A DNA stretch of 64,000 nt from Callorhinchus milii (taxonomy: Eukaryota), in the NCBI RefSeq assembly GCF_018977255.1, contig NW_024704758.1, forward strand, positions 13,888,001 to 13,952,000, read 5' to 3'. The position numbers and the translations under genes were made by a program. The notes beneath the pieces were generated by a model that worked only from the letters and a program-made list of their open reading frames with translations, did no database searches and was not told the origin of the DNA. Below are positions 1-12,700 of the stretch, one piece after another. Numbering within the stretch: the first letter of the stretch is position 1; every line of letters begins with the position of its first letter.

Positions 1-859
1 TTTTGCATCTGCAGACTCTAGCTGGTATTTCAATAGGCTGTTGATTCTATTGAAAAGTCAATTAAATATCTTTCAAAATGACCAGAATTTGTATTAGTTC
101 CTAACAAGGAATAGATGGAGGGAGCACATAATTGGCCAGTTAGTTAGCTAATTAACACATGGCTTCATTATCAATTTTGCAGAAAACACACTCTTTTTCA
201 GATAAATATTAACTGATTTACAACAGTATTAATAATATTAGAAATAAAGAAATCGAGTAAAGTATATTTTTGGGGGCTATTATGTAAATACTAGTAAATG
301 TAGAGGTGCTGAACAATATGCACAGCACTGCTTCCGCTCTTTGCAATGTATTCTCTAAACCAATATCGTTGAAGCAGGTAATGGCTTGTAGCCGTGTTAG
401 AACATTTTCCACAGAGTTTTGGTTCCTAAATAAAAGAGGCAATTATTATTATCTTCCAATGCTTAGTGCGTCCGCTGGCTTGGAAGATTACAGTTTAATG
501 AAACATGGTTCAGAAAGTCAATAACACGATTACTATGATTAAGCGATGTTTGTCAAAGACAAAAACTAGAAGATTTTGGTCTGGTTACTGTAGCAACGCA
601 AGCCTTTGGTTATATAACTGATTCTGTTTCTCTCTCTCCTACCCTCTCAATAGCTTGTACCTCTAGATTGCGTGTCAGAATCACCTGAGTTTGTGTAATC
701 TTGGACAGTCAATGGCTCTTCCGCTGTGAAAGTAATTTTCATCATTTGTGTTTGAATTTTATTGTGTTTTTTTGTGCCTCGTTTTAACATTTCATTTTTG
801 TTTGTGCCCATTTCTATCTTTGCTGCCAATTTAGCCAGCTGGCAGCCCTCAGTTCAGTG

Positions 860-1110
860 AATTCTGTTATTGAGTATGGCAATCTGTGCTATGCATTCAC
901 TGATTGCCCAGCTATTCCCCATCTGATATCCTCTTCACAGTCCTTCCTGTCTGTTTATGCCATTCTCCGTGACTCCTACTGTGTCCTTATTTCTCCCCCT
1001 ATTGATCTGTCCACTGAAGTGGCCATCTCCATACTCTCTCTCCCTTTCTGCCAAGGCCTGCCTACTGATCCTGCTTTCTCTCCAGAAATAGCTTATAACA
1101 AAGCTTTAGT
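860..1110 (+). mobile_element. Very degenerate L2 3' fragment
   Basis: C/T-rich tract resembling the L2 ORF2 C-terminus seen at 33300-33540. Confidence 0.4.
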
Positions 1111-4100
1111 AGCTAAAAGACTGAGGCTATTACACGTCTATAGGTAAATGTCCCCTTCAATAAAATTGTCCAATTGCAAATTATGGCCCAATGGAGTAGT
1201 GTTTTTCCAACTTCATATTTTTTTTAAGTGTTTCCTTTTGCGACTGAACAGATTTTAACACGTTTGGTTTGGTTACTAAACTAAAATGAAAGTAAAGCTT
1301 AGGACAAGGAAAAACTATTCACTATTATTTACTGCTCTACTTGGAACTTTTGAAGAAAATGTCCTACTGTTACAAATGCCAGCACATAACCGATGACCAA
1401 CTATTTTACCAACATAAAGAGACATAACTGCCCAGGCTTACAGATATTATTGATATTAATTAAATTTGTACGTTATAGCTGAAATGCAACGGAGTTGAAA
1501 TGTCTTGAAACTATGTTTTAAAATGGCTAATCCTAACTCAACCATTTATGAATATATTTACGATATATTCTGGTCGTGACAGAACCGGAATTCAGAATCA
1601 AAAGGTAGTCAGTGTATGTAATACACATTCCTGAAATTGAGCTGTGCTGTAAAATCATCAATGCCTTCATAAATATTTCACCAGGTAAACATTTTAATGG
1701 CTATGGTTCTTTAGATTCCACCTGAATACTGGCAAACGTATAGAGCGCTGTAGTTTAAGCAGGCTATCAATCTTTGTGATCATTGGTGAAAGTATAAAAT
1801 AGCACAGCATTCATTATTTTAATAAATTAAATAAATTAAGCATTTGATATGATGTGTTATTGGAAAATAATGAAATTTCAGAGGACTGTATATCCAAATG
1901 CAATTTCTATTTAATGAGCTTTTTATTGATTTTCAAATTGCTTCCTGAGTAGGTGAGAGACATGCGACTCTCTGTAGCTTACACTCTTGTTTTCTCAAGT
2001 AATTTATTTCTTCAGAAGATAGTTTATAATCTGGTAAAGGAACTAGAAAACCTCAGTCATACTTCATCTACAACAATACTCTATGTGGAAACATGTGTTC
2101 AGAACCTGTAAAATAGATCTATTCAACAAAAACATGAAGTTTTGTCGTTTTAGCTGTACTGTGGTTTGGAAGCACGGTGTGTTATTACCAGAAACAGTGC
2201 TCGAGTATCAACATAATCTTCCTTCATAGAGAACAATCTCTTTAAATAATTCAGCTCATTGTTAGGTTACTATGTTGATTTGGAATCAGGTCATTAATTT
2301 TCCAGTGGGGGCTCACTTCAACATCACCAGCTCCAAAAAAAACACTCTTTGTCTTGTAAAGTGATAGAAACAAATGTGTGCAAAAGCTTTCAAAATCGTC
2401 ACGACTCATTCACTGCGAGCTATCCCTGTGATTGAACATTTCACACAAAACAGAACAATTGTTTGCTCACTCACAAAACATACAGTCACTCCACTTTACA
2501 GTATATCCTGAGAAGTACTTTGGGACGTCCTCTTGAAAGATGCTATACTAAATGTAAAGAATATTATTGTTTGTTGTTATTATTTATTATTATCCTAGAT
2601 CAACACCCAACGCATTGAACTGTAAGAGGAAAAACAACAGATTATCTCCCATACACCAACTAATGTAATGGGGAATTATGTAACATTGAATCTTGAATCT
2701 TCACTTCAATATGTATTTGACATGTTCCAAGTACTCCCCCATTCCGGTTTCCTTTGTGACCTCTCTTGTTACCACACCCTCACTGTCCTCCATGTGCTTG
2801 AAATCATTTGATCGTGACCACAGAGTGGTTCAGGCTACACAGTTTACATTAACCAGTTGTATTAGCGCCCAAAAGGAGGTAAGCTTGTAGGTGGGGAAGG
2901 CAGACAATCCGTTAACTTTACCTGCTGAGAGAAGGCTATTCCTCCAATCAGCTCTGTCAAGAATCACTGAAACATCACAAGTGATGTTTTCAGACTATCT
3001 AACATTTAGGTGTGCAGCACTAATTTATACACAGCTCTTATTTTCTGAGGAAGGAATCGAGCAAAGCATGACATCAGTTTGACCTTTGTGAGAATTTCAG
3101 GATTCACATCGCAAGGCTATTTCTGAATGGATATTAAGTGCCTAGTTTACACGATATTAAAGCCCAAACTCACAAATGTAATATGATCTACAACTGCTGG
3201 GTAACATTCATTAACATAATCTTGAAACTGTTAATCAAAATCCATCAACAGCTAATCAGTTTTTAATTATGCCCAGCAGTTTTACTTATCAAGTCAAAAG
3301 AAAAAAAAATCTGAGCCCTGGCTGTATTTTAAGAGTCATGAATTATTGCAAATGTATTCATATTTCTCTGGTCTTCAGTGTCATGTTTTATGGACGAACA
3401 TAAATGCTTCTCCTTTGCACTCACTGTTTTTTCTGATTAACTACACCCACGTTATTCTCTATCCAATACCAGCCACCTGAACAATAGTCCAACCAAGGGA
3501 TGCTTGCTTCTGAATGGGATGTGAAGTTTCCAATCAGCAAAAATTCTAACTTATTTAAAAATATTTGTAATACATTTACAAATATCCAATTTTTTTTAAA
3601 TAGCCGAATCCACCTTGCATGCTGATTGGAAATATGCAAAATAGAGTCATTATTTCCTCCTATTCGTCTTTTGAAACCTGTCCATTTGCATGCAAGTCTC
3701 TCCACGTAAAATCCATATAGACGACTGAGAATTAGCATGTAATCAGTGGATGACGCCTATTTAGATGCAGTTCATGCATGTCGATGGTGTCAATCAAGTC
3801 TAAATGGTTCTTTGATTGCAGATGATTAGGACTCCTGTGGATCTACTGTTTCATTGTATTGCTCCAGCTAAGTATGAAAGATGTGGAAAAGATCCATTAG
3901 GTTTTCACCATTGTCATATGGCTGTATTTTTTCTATTGGTAATATTTCAAGGCTTGCAGGAGATATTGCTTTGTAAATAAAGCCACTACACCCATAGATA
4001 AAGGCACCCAGCCTCTACTGTAGCACTCAGCCGTATAGGCTGGAAGGTTACCGGTTTGCGTTGAGTTAAATTATCTCAGTTAAGGAGCCATTGATACCTA

Positions 4101-4863
4101 TTGTAATGTGTGTATGCATGTGGGAGTGTCCGAGTGTGCACACATTTGTTGAGATCAAGCTCGATTGGGAAGCCCGCTCACATTCCAACTGAGCTGAGAT
4201 GCTTACTGTCTAGACTCTAGACTAACACATGAAGAATCATCATTTGAGTGGGGGATTGTACTTCAGCAGAGTCAATGCCTTGAGGGAAGAGAGGAATTGG
4301 AGGAAAAAAAACATAATCTGCTCTTCCCAACATGTTTGAATCAAAATAGTAGAACTAAGAAATCAATATATCTTTAATACCCCTGAAAAGCACTGATATG
4401 TGCCTTTTAATACATGTTTTTTTGCCAATATCTGATGCAAACAGTATAATAATACCCCAAAATTTTTTTTTATCAGTTATCATTTACTCCGGTACTTGAC
4501 ATTAAATATTGGTATTACTCATATTCCAGTGTGTTTGATGGGTGATGCCATTTGGCCAACGTCCATGATGCTTTAGCACTTGACTTGCTTTTGGTAAATT
4601 ATTTCAATGGCCAATTCCTTTTTTCCATGAGAACCTCCAAGACATTCGTTCCTACTCTTCTCTGAAATTTTCCTGAGGTCCTACTCTCAGTCTGTGAGCT
4701 GGTCTTACCTTGTTGTCAATGAGCAATGTAACTGAAGCTTTAGATGGTGAACAGGAAAAATACAATTCGTTCACATACTGTCATCGGAGGGAATCATTTT
4801 GTTAAAAATCCTACTAACAACGCAATAAAGAGAGAGACATGATTCCTGCTCCTTCTCTCCCAG

Positions 4864-4995
4864 ATTATTCTGCTTAGTTTTCTGTAACCCAATCTAGCCG
4901 TTAGTTTGTTCAGTGAGAGGCCTCTGAAGGAGACGTGAATATTAGATTTGATTGCAGTTCTGGCCTTTCTTATCAATCTAATTATAACATTTAAG
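4864..4995 (+). other. Candidate non-coding or poison exon (132 nt)
   Basis: TACTAAC (4812-4818), TTCCTGCTCCTTCTCTCCCAG| acceptor, AAG|GTAAGG donor; stop codons in all three frames. Confidence 0.4.
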
Positions 4996-5299
4996 GTAAG
5001 GTTATCGCTTAATTCTAGGATTGGTTGGCTGTAAAACAACGTAGCCAGATGGTTGTTTCATTTCTTCCTCAATATCCAGCCAGCTGGGCTCTGTCTTTCG
5101 TTGGTACATGCGTCTGACGCAGTAATTGTCTTTCTTAACTGTTAACAACAGCAAAATTCTATTTGTATAGCGCCTTTCACGTCGGGAGGATGTGCCAATT
5201 GTTATTACTTAATAAAGTATTGAGAAAACAAAATAACTCGGATGCGAGCGCTTGTCATTCGTTCATAACTTCCTGGGTGACAAGATTATAACTGAGGCC

Positions 5300-5595
5300 A
5301 TTCGTTACCCACCAAAAGGGACGCTGGAAAAATGTGGTCCGCTTTTCGTTTTGCCGACCTTCGGGGATCGTTCCTCCCAGGTCTCTTTCCCCACCTTTGC
5401 CGGTCTCTGTGTTTGAGGGTCAAGTATTGGTGACTGGTCTCTCGCAGGTCCATCACGTTGCACTGCTCCAGCTGCCCCGCCCACAGCAACGTCGAGTAAA
5501 CAAGCCCGGGGCCAGGAACGTCATTGTTTAGCGGGTTTATACCCGAGGTTGGTCGCTGTTTATCACGGATTCCACTGAAACATTGCGGCCGCACT
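5300..5595. promoter_or_regulatory. Small CpG-rich patch
   Basis: About 20 CpGs in ~300 bp in a CpG-poor window; GC box CCCCGCCC, forkhead-type GTAAACA and a NotI site. Confidence 0.4.
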
Positions 5596-5598
5596 TTT

Positions 5599-5900
5599 CT
5601 GTAGCTCAGTTGTTAGAGCACTCGCTTTGCAAGCGAGACACCTGGGTTCACTTCCAGGCAGAGGGCGAAACCTTGGGCAAGTTTCCTTACTCCACACGCC
5701 TAATAATAATCCCTACAAAACAATAATAAAATTGGTCATTTTCAATCCATGATTGTTTGTGGGTCACTGCTGTGTGCAATTGGCTGCTGTGTTTCGCCCA
5801 CAAATATACGGTCAATTCACTTTACTGTATATTCTCTGAAGCACTTTGAGACATTGAGAAGACGTGAAAAGCTCTATATCAAATGCAAGGATTATTATTA
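5599..5900 (+). mobile_element. tRNA-Ala-like-headed SINE with Deu-type 3' part and L2-type tail
   Basis: Head GTAGCTCAGTTGTTAGAGCACTCGCTTTGCAAGCGAGACACCTGGGTTCACTTCC (A and B boxes); body TGTTTGTGGGTCACTGCTGTGTGCAATTGGCTGC; tail CTATATCAAATGCAAGG(ATT)n. Confidence 0.9.
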
Positions 5901-7999
5901 TATATTTGCCAAGCTAATAGCTTTGACACCAGTCAGTAGGTAATACGGGGTGGGTGGTGGGGCGGGAGGGTAGGAATTCTCCATGGTAAAAAGAATAGAC
6001 TATGAAAGTAACACTTTCTGCTCTTCAGGCGTTTGGCAAACAATCAAATCGTACGACACGTAAATTCTGTGGGATCCGAATAAAAGCTTCAAAATTTGAA
6101 TTCATTCCACGACAATGCCTTGTGTGAAATAAACATGGATATTTGACCTTGTCAAGGGCGTTCGTAACACTAAGGGGAACAATAACAATTAGTCCTGCTG
6201 AATTTCTGCATTTAGCTGAGATTAAAAGATTTTTTTTTTATTCATGTAATGTTTCTTGATAAATCCAACCTAATCTAGAACCTTGGCTCTTTTCCCAATT
6301 CAAATTGCTGGCAATTTTCAGCATGAATATCTTGCAGCCTTCGTGGATAAGGAGGTTTATAATTACTGCGTTTTCCCTGGTTACTAGTAAAAAGCTAAAA
6401 TCCTCTTGCAAAAATTCCCCCTACCTTACCCTCTTATGGGAAACAAATGGTTTTGATAGAATGCCAAGTAACATTCATGTGCTTTGCACACAGGAGAAGG
6501 CGCAGCCATTGGGTCTATCAGAGCAGAGTTTTTAAACTGCATGCAGCACTTCTTTATTTTCTTTTGTAATTTTTCTCTTCTCTTCCCCCACTCCCCCTCC
6601 CCCATCTCACTGTCTTATTGGAGGCTACTGCCCTCTGGCACCTCGCTTCATGCGTCAGCTTAAACTTCTTGTGAACTTGAAGAAGTTATTCGACTCCATC
6701 AATGCCAATCTGATGTGGGTCAGTCACTTGATTTAATGGGAATCGGGACTAGAAGTTCCACAGCTGATTTCCCCCTGGCTAAACCCAGCAGCAACTCACA
6801 ATCAAACTTGCAGCTTTCTGGGGTGAATGACAGTTCTGTGCTGGGCAGACAGAATGTTTGTGGACGATGCATCAGGGGTGGCGGGGGGGCGGGGGGAATG
6901 GACACCATCCCTCTCTCAGTTGTGGTATTTCAATAAAAGCCAAACCTTAGAAAATAACCGACTATTTTGCAGAGAACATAAATTTGTGTGAAGATCCCGG
7001 CAGCTGGAATATTCATCTTATTCAGATTTAGTGCATCTGTAACCTTCAATTTGCCAGAATAATTTGTTCTATTCTGTGTTTGATAAATTTGATGAGCCAG
7101 TAAAGCCTGGCTTCATTCCACGCTTGGTAACTAGCACAAGGCCTGATTATAGCAAGCTCAAGTATCTTCAAAATTAAATGGTTACCTATAATAACAGTTT
7201 GGGGAGAAATGAATCATTGGAAGCGTTAATAGTTCAAGGTCCTTCATTTCTTATTCCAAAAAGTCAATTTCTGCTGAACAGTATCACTCCATCCTGAGTG
7301 AAAATGAAACCAAGCTCTCACAGAGATAGTTTGCCAACCTCCCAAGAGGTTGAAAGTGAGATCTCGGGGGTATCATTAATATCTAAATAAGTATGCAGCT
7401 AATTATGGCTCATTAAGGCAAAGCTCTGAAGGAGAGACTCATTCAATCTTTATCTTTGTGAGCTTCTACGTTGAAAAGTATAACTGCCGTGTGATCGATC
7501 CAATAAATCCCTGACATCTATTTTCCTTCCAATTGTCCCAGGTTGATTCTCTTTGCAAATCATTGCATTAGCATTTGAATGCAAGGCATGCGTGATAAAA
7601 TAAATTGGAAAATGATCTGGAATCCAAATTTGCTATTCTCCAAATATCGTTCTGATCTAGCTCTTCACATTTCCTGACTCCCCTCCCTCTCTCCTCCTCC
7701 CTTTGCATGAAAAAACATACCTTTTCAAAAAGGATGTATCACTGGATGTTCTTTCAACACTTATTCCTGCATTCTTCAAAGCTATGAAACAGAGACAAAG
7801 TTGGGGGGGGTGGGGAAAAACACAATTTGAATTTCTTTTAGACACAAAAAAAAACCCCACATAAAAATGTTTTCAATACAATCTTGAATTTATTTCAGCA
7901 ATAGAATCACCAATGAAAAAGTATTCCCCGACAAACCCTTTGAGCCTTCAGACTATTGCGGAAAACAAAGAAGCTAAAAGCACAGGATGCTCTGTTGGA

Positions 8000-8275
8000 T
8001 TAGAACCATAGCCCTGGGTTTGAATCCAGGACCAAATGATGGGATGAAAGTCTGCTCTATTTAATGGCTGCAAGGGTCCTAATCAAAATACATTTGGACT
8101 ATTTCAACTCGCTTTTCAGTGGGATCTAGATTGATTGTATCATTCAAAAAGGCTGCAAGGATGGCTGGTGAGGGAAATCTCATGCTGGTGCCGAAGGAGT
8201 AACTATAATTACTTTGTGAATTAAGGCACATTGTTAGGGCAGGGATGGGAGGCACATTGCTAAGGGGAGGAAATA
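8000..8275 (+). mobile_element. LF-SINE-like element with internal deletion
   Basis: CTGGGTTTGAATCCAG (B box)...GAAAGTCTGCTCTATTTAATGGCTG...AGGGCAGGGATGGGAGGCACATTG, collinear with recalled LF-SINE motifs. Confidence 0.6.
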
Positions 8276-10217
8276 GCACTTCCCGCTCAGTTACAACAAA
8301 AGAAAAATATTTTTTTCCTGTGCTGTATCTGAGCAGGAAGTGCTGTATAATAATAACCCTTACATTTGGTATATCGCTTTTCACATTGAGTGTATATTCG
8401 CAGGATATATTGTAAAATGCAGTGGCTGTGTGTTTTGTGGGCAAATTCAGCAGTATAAAAATTCCCAGCAGCTTATTGAGCATAAAACCCAATTAAGTCG
8501 TGAAAATATTTTTTTGAAACGCGTGACACCTTCAGCCACCTTTTTTTTTTGAGTTGGATGTAATTGTTTTAAAGTGAAGTTCCGTTCAAAAACAAAAAAA
8601 GCCTCTGGGGATGAACACCCTCGCAAGCATACGATTTAAGACGAGTCCTGTGATATTCTGGTGTTTAATAAAACCCACGGCAGGATATAACACGGCACCA
8701 ACTCTAGCTCTGCCTACACACTGAAAGCAGTCACTTCACTGTAGGCGACGATGAGAGCACTTATCATTACTCATTCATCTGTGCATAGTTTTATCAACCA
8801 CCTAGATGTCAATGACCTCACGAGCATTTTCTGTGTAATTACCGAAGGTTGGATGGCTCCAGAATGCATTAAACCAGAATGCATTACAGTAGAAGTGTAG
8901 GCAGCTGTGGACTTTGATTGATGCATAGATTGCTCCCCTCTGTCATTTATAATTGAAATTCTTTTGTATTCACCTCAACTAAGGAAGATGGGGATTTGCT
9001 GTCACCCACACAATGATATGATTTTGGAATAACTGCGGGATCAATTAACGGATGGAGTTTGGGCTGACAGCAATGTGGCAATATACTCCTGTGTATGTTT
9101 TTAGGTGGAAACCGCTTTTAAAATTTAATATATATCGATAGCTACTCTCTAAATACGTGTAAAAGTATATATACTTCCTTATTTCTTTCTTTTCACCCGC
9201 TTTATTTTTTTACTGGAATTTGACGAATGGCAATTATCTCAAATAAAGAATACATATTATTTTGCTGAGACAAGATTACAGAATGGCAGTGATTACTATA
9301 GAGAACTATTTAGTGAATGGTTAACACTTTTATAATTGCTTTGACAGCTCTAAGCGCGAAAAGCAGGAGTAAAGGATTTGCACTGTAAAAATTAAGTAAA
9401 CACAAACTGATTGTGCCATTTATTATGTACACATATGGGGACAATAAAATGTAATTAAAATTTGTACTTGTGTAAAAGAAAGTGAGTTCAAACCTTCTGA
9501 GGCCTTTATTAGCATTTTATATAAAACGCAGCAAGACTCAGGTAATGATCAGGACTTTACTGTGCTGCAAATTGCTAGTCCTGTTTAATCCTTATTTAAA
9601 GTAATGGTTTGCGATGAATACTTATTCACTGTTGCTACATGCCACTTCAGGTGTCCTGATGGTTCAAATGTGGCACGGGAGGGATTAAAGGCACATTAAA
9701 AACCTTAATTCATTAACTTTCTGTTTGATAGATCATAACCTGGTCGACATTTTTGGTGGCGCATCTGTGCCACGCTTTAACATTAAGCTCTTACACATTG
9801 ATTTGTAATTTTACCTGTAATGAGGCAGAACCGTTAGTGTAATTTAGTGCAAGATGGGGTCCGGGGGGGAAGGTAATTGTTGGTAGCGATAGGCTGTGAT
9901 ACAGAGAGTTATTTCGCGAAGGCAAAATGATAATCTAATGCGAATAATGTCAGGATTCATTTGAATATTTCCGACACTATGGGTAGGTAATTTGAGTTTC
10001 TTTGCCAAATTTGCATTTTTTGCTCAATCCTGTAGGCAGAAGTTCAGTGAACATGAATCAACCCCACACTGTTACACGAGTGAAAACAGCTCCAATCTGC
10101 ATATGTTGTGCGTTCGTGCGAGAATTGTTTTTTTAGATGGCCAACTAGGTACCTTGTTAAAGTCTATTGCGATGAATATACCAGGTTTTGGGTGAATCTC
10201 CAAGCTCACTGATTGCG

Positions 10218-10450
10218 TGGGAACAGGAGCAGACCATTCAGCCCTTCGAGCTTGTTCCATCATTGTATTAGATCATAGCTGATCTGTACCTCAACTCCAA
10301 TTACCCGCCTGTGCCCCATATCCCTTGGTACTCTTAGTTTACAAAAATCTATCCACCTCAGTCTTGAAAATTTTAATGGATCCAGCCATAATCCGCAGCC
10401 TTTTGGGAGAGGGAGGGAGTTCCAGATTTCGAGACTATCCTTTGCGTGTT
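10218..10450 (-). mobile_element. CR1 LINE 3' end fragment
   Basis: Reverse complement matches the 23647-24168 element (ACAGGAGCAGACCATTCAGCCCTTCGAGC...; GGAGTTCCAGATTTC encodes IWNSL). Confidence 0.9.
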
Positions 10451-10554
10451 CATAGAGGCAGATGGTAACGGTCTCAGCCACACAGACCTTTACCTCTCGT
10501 AAAGGACGGCCGCATAACCCGTTCGCAGTCTTCTGCTGTTAAAAAAATTAATAG

Positions 10555-10712
10555 TAATAATTTGGTCACTTCAATCCATGACTGTTTGTGGGACTCTGCT
10601 GTGTGCAATTGGCTGTCACGTTTCATCCACAAAATATACAGTTAATTCACTTCACAGTATATTCTGTGGTAAGGCGCTATGTTAAATGCAAGGATTATGA
10701 TTATTATTATTG
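10555..10712 (+). mobile_element. SINE 3' half with internal deletion
   Basis: Matches 5730-5900. Confidence 0.85.
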
Positions 10713-11977
10713 GCACTCAGGACCCAATGACCAGGACATGAAGGAAAATAGAGATGGGTGATTGTCCCACTGATTCCTCTGTCCTCTGGGGACCCAGATG
10801 GGCTCCACACACTACAGTACACAGCAGAGCCCAGTTGAGTAAGTCCGTGCTGAGAATTCCCAAGCACAGGCAGCTCGCTATTCCTCCCTAGAAGAGAAAC
10901 CCGCAGAGGATTAATTCCAGTTTAAGCTGCCAGTCAGAAACCATTAATGTAAGTCTCACACGTATAGTCTAAATCTGAATAAAATACACAGTTTAAACTC
11001 GGTGTCAGCTATGATTTTCCACAGCAGCTATCTAATGACTACTCTATTTGAATTCCACCCAACTCCCCTGAAAAAAAATCTTTTGTATAATAAAGACCTT
11101 TTTTATAACTTGATGGTGTGTCAATCGAGAACACGATGGTTGACTTAAACATCCGATGCTTTTAATATCAACCCTGATTTAGCTGCAACTTGAACGGAGA
11201 CCGGATTTGTTTAAAATAACAAAAAATCACCCTGTTTTGGTTATTGTTCAATTCCTGAAAATGTTTTGTTGTGATACCTCCAGTCTCTCTCTCTACCTTT
11301 TCGAGCACAATTCTCTCTTATCCATTTTTGACTCGGGAGTAATGGGATTCAAGGTACTGAATTTTTGAGTTATGCACACAACATTAATATTTTGATAATC
11401 TCCTGGGATAGCCCATGAGCCTTTAGATCTTAAGCGATTAATCACAGAGTTTTCATTTTTCTGGGGCAGAATGACAGCCAAATAATTACTCACTTACGGT
11501 TATTAAATCTACCGTAGCGTTTGGTTGTGGGTCTGTGAGTTCCAACCCAGCAATTCAATCAAAATGGATTCTGGTGATGTGGTATGAAATGAGCAAACGT
11601 CAATAGAATTACAGGGTAATAATCATCATGGCAGCTCCGCTTTCACTGCCAGACAGTTGTTGCTCTATTTACTATGCAATTCAGTGATTTTAAAATAACA
11701 GTGTTTTTTTTTGTTTGTTTTTCTTGTCTCCACATGATGTGTTCACTGGGCTCACTGCAGTGATGGTCACATCATTTAGATGAAGTTGTCGATAATAGGA
11801 GTATCCGGTGCTAGATCAGTGATGCTTCAATGATATGAAGTTTTTGCCGCTACATTAGAGGGAAATGTGAGCATTATTCAGTAATAAATAACCTGTGTTA
11901 GCTTTAAAATCCGAAACATTTTACCCACTCATATCCTTTCTGATTATTTCCCCTGCAGTTCAGGTTGCATGATAGAA

Positions 11978-12040
11978 ACCAACAACGACGACTTGCATTT
12001 ATATAGTACCCTTCACGCTGGGTAGCGTCCCGGAGTGTAT
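11978..12040 (-). mobile_element. L2-type tail fragment (similar ones near 5145, 13060, 20690, 30577, 47303, 48470)
   Basis: CAACAACGACGACTTGCATTTATATAGTACCCTTCACG. Confidence 0.7.
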
Positions 12041-12074
12041 GTTATTTGTACAACAAGTAAAGTAAGTCAAGGGA

Positions 12075-12245
12075 TGATAATAGTGATAACCCTTGTTTGA
12101 CATAGCCTCTTATCACGTCGTTGAGACGTCTCAAAGCGCTTCATAGAATATACTGTAAAGTGGATTGACTGTTTTGTGAGAGAAACCCGGCAGCCAATTG
12201 CGCACAGCAGCGTCCCACACACAGTCGTGGATTGAATGACCACAT
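12075..12245 (-). mobile_element. SINE 3' half
   Basis: Matches 27618-27830. Confidence 0.85.
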
Positions 12246-12404
12246 TTGTTTTTACATTGTCGAGCAGAACGGCATACTGGCAGCGAGGAAAGTGAAGCAA
12301 TCCCAACGGGGTCTCCCTCACTCTGGCTTCATGATTCCACACAGCGGCTTAAGCAAAGAACGAGAGCTCAGCAAAATGCAAAACAACGAGAGACCGCTCG
12401 GATG

Positions 12405-12700
12405 AGAGGGCCCGTCAGCCCATTGGATTTTATCTTCCCAGACTCTCTGCTCGCCTTCTGTCCATTATCATATCAAGCTGTTTCTGTCCTGGCCTCCAGC
12501 ACCCTTTCTGATATTTTATTCCAGCTGTTTGATTACATGTGAACAAATTCTTCCTGCAGTCTGTCCTGAAATTGTCCTTCGAGATCTTGAACCTGTGCCA
12601 TCTGGTCCTGAAAGGATTGTGGGTTGACTTCCTCAATCCCATTTTTAGATCAAACCCATGCTCGTCTTCTAATACACTACCTCAACGTGTCTTTCCCCCA
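12405..12700 (-). mobile_element. Degenerate CR1 3' fragment
   Basis: Minus-strand translation RTRWHRFKISKDNFRTDCRKNLFT resembles CR1 TRGH..K...FR...RK.FFT. Confidence 0.75.

Noticed and set aside
5599-5670. tRNA-Ala(TGC) gene
   Set aside because: There is no acceptor stem and it runs directly into a SINE body, so it is a SINE head.
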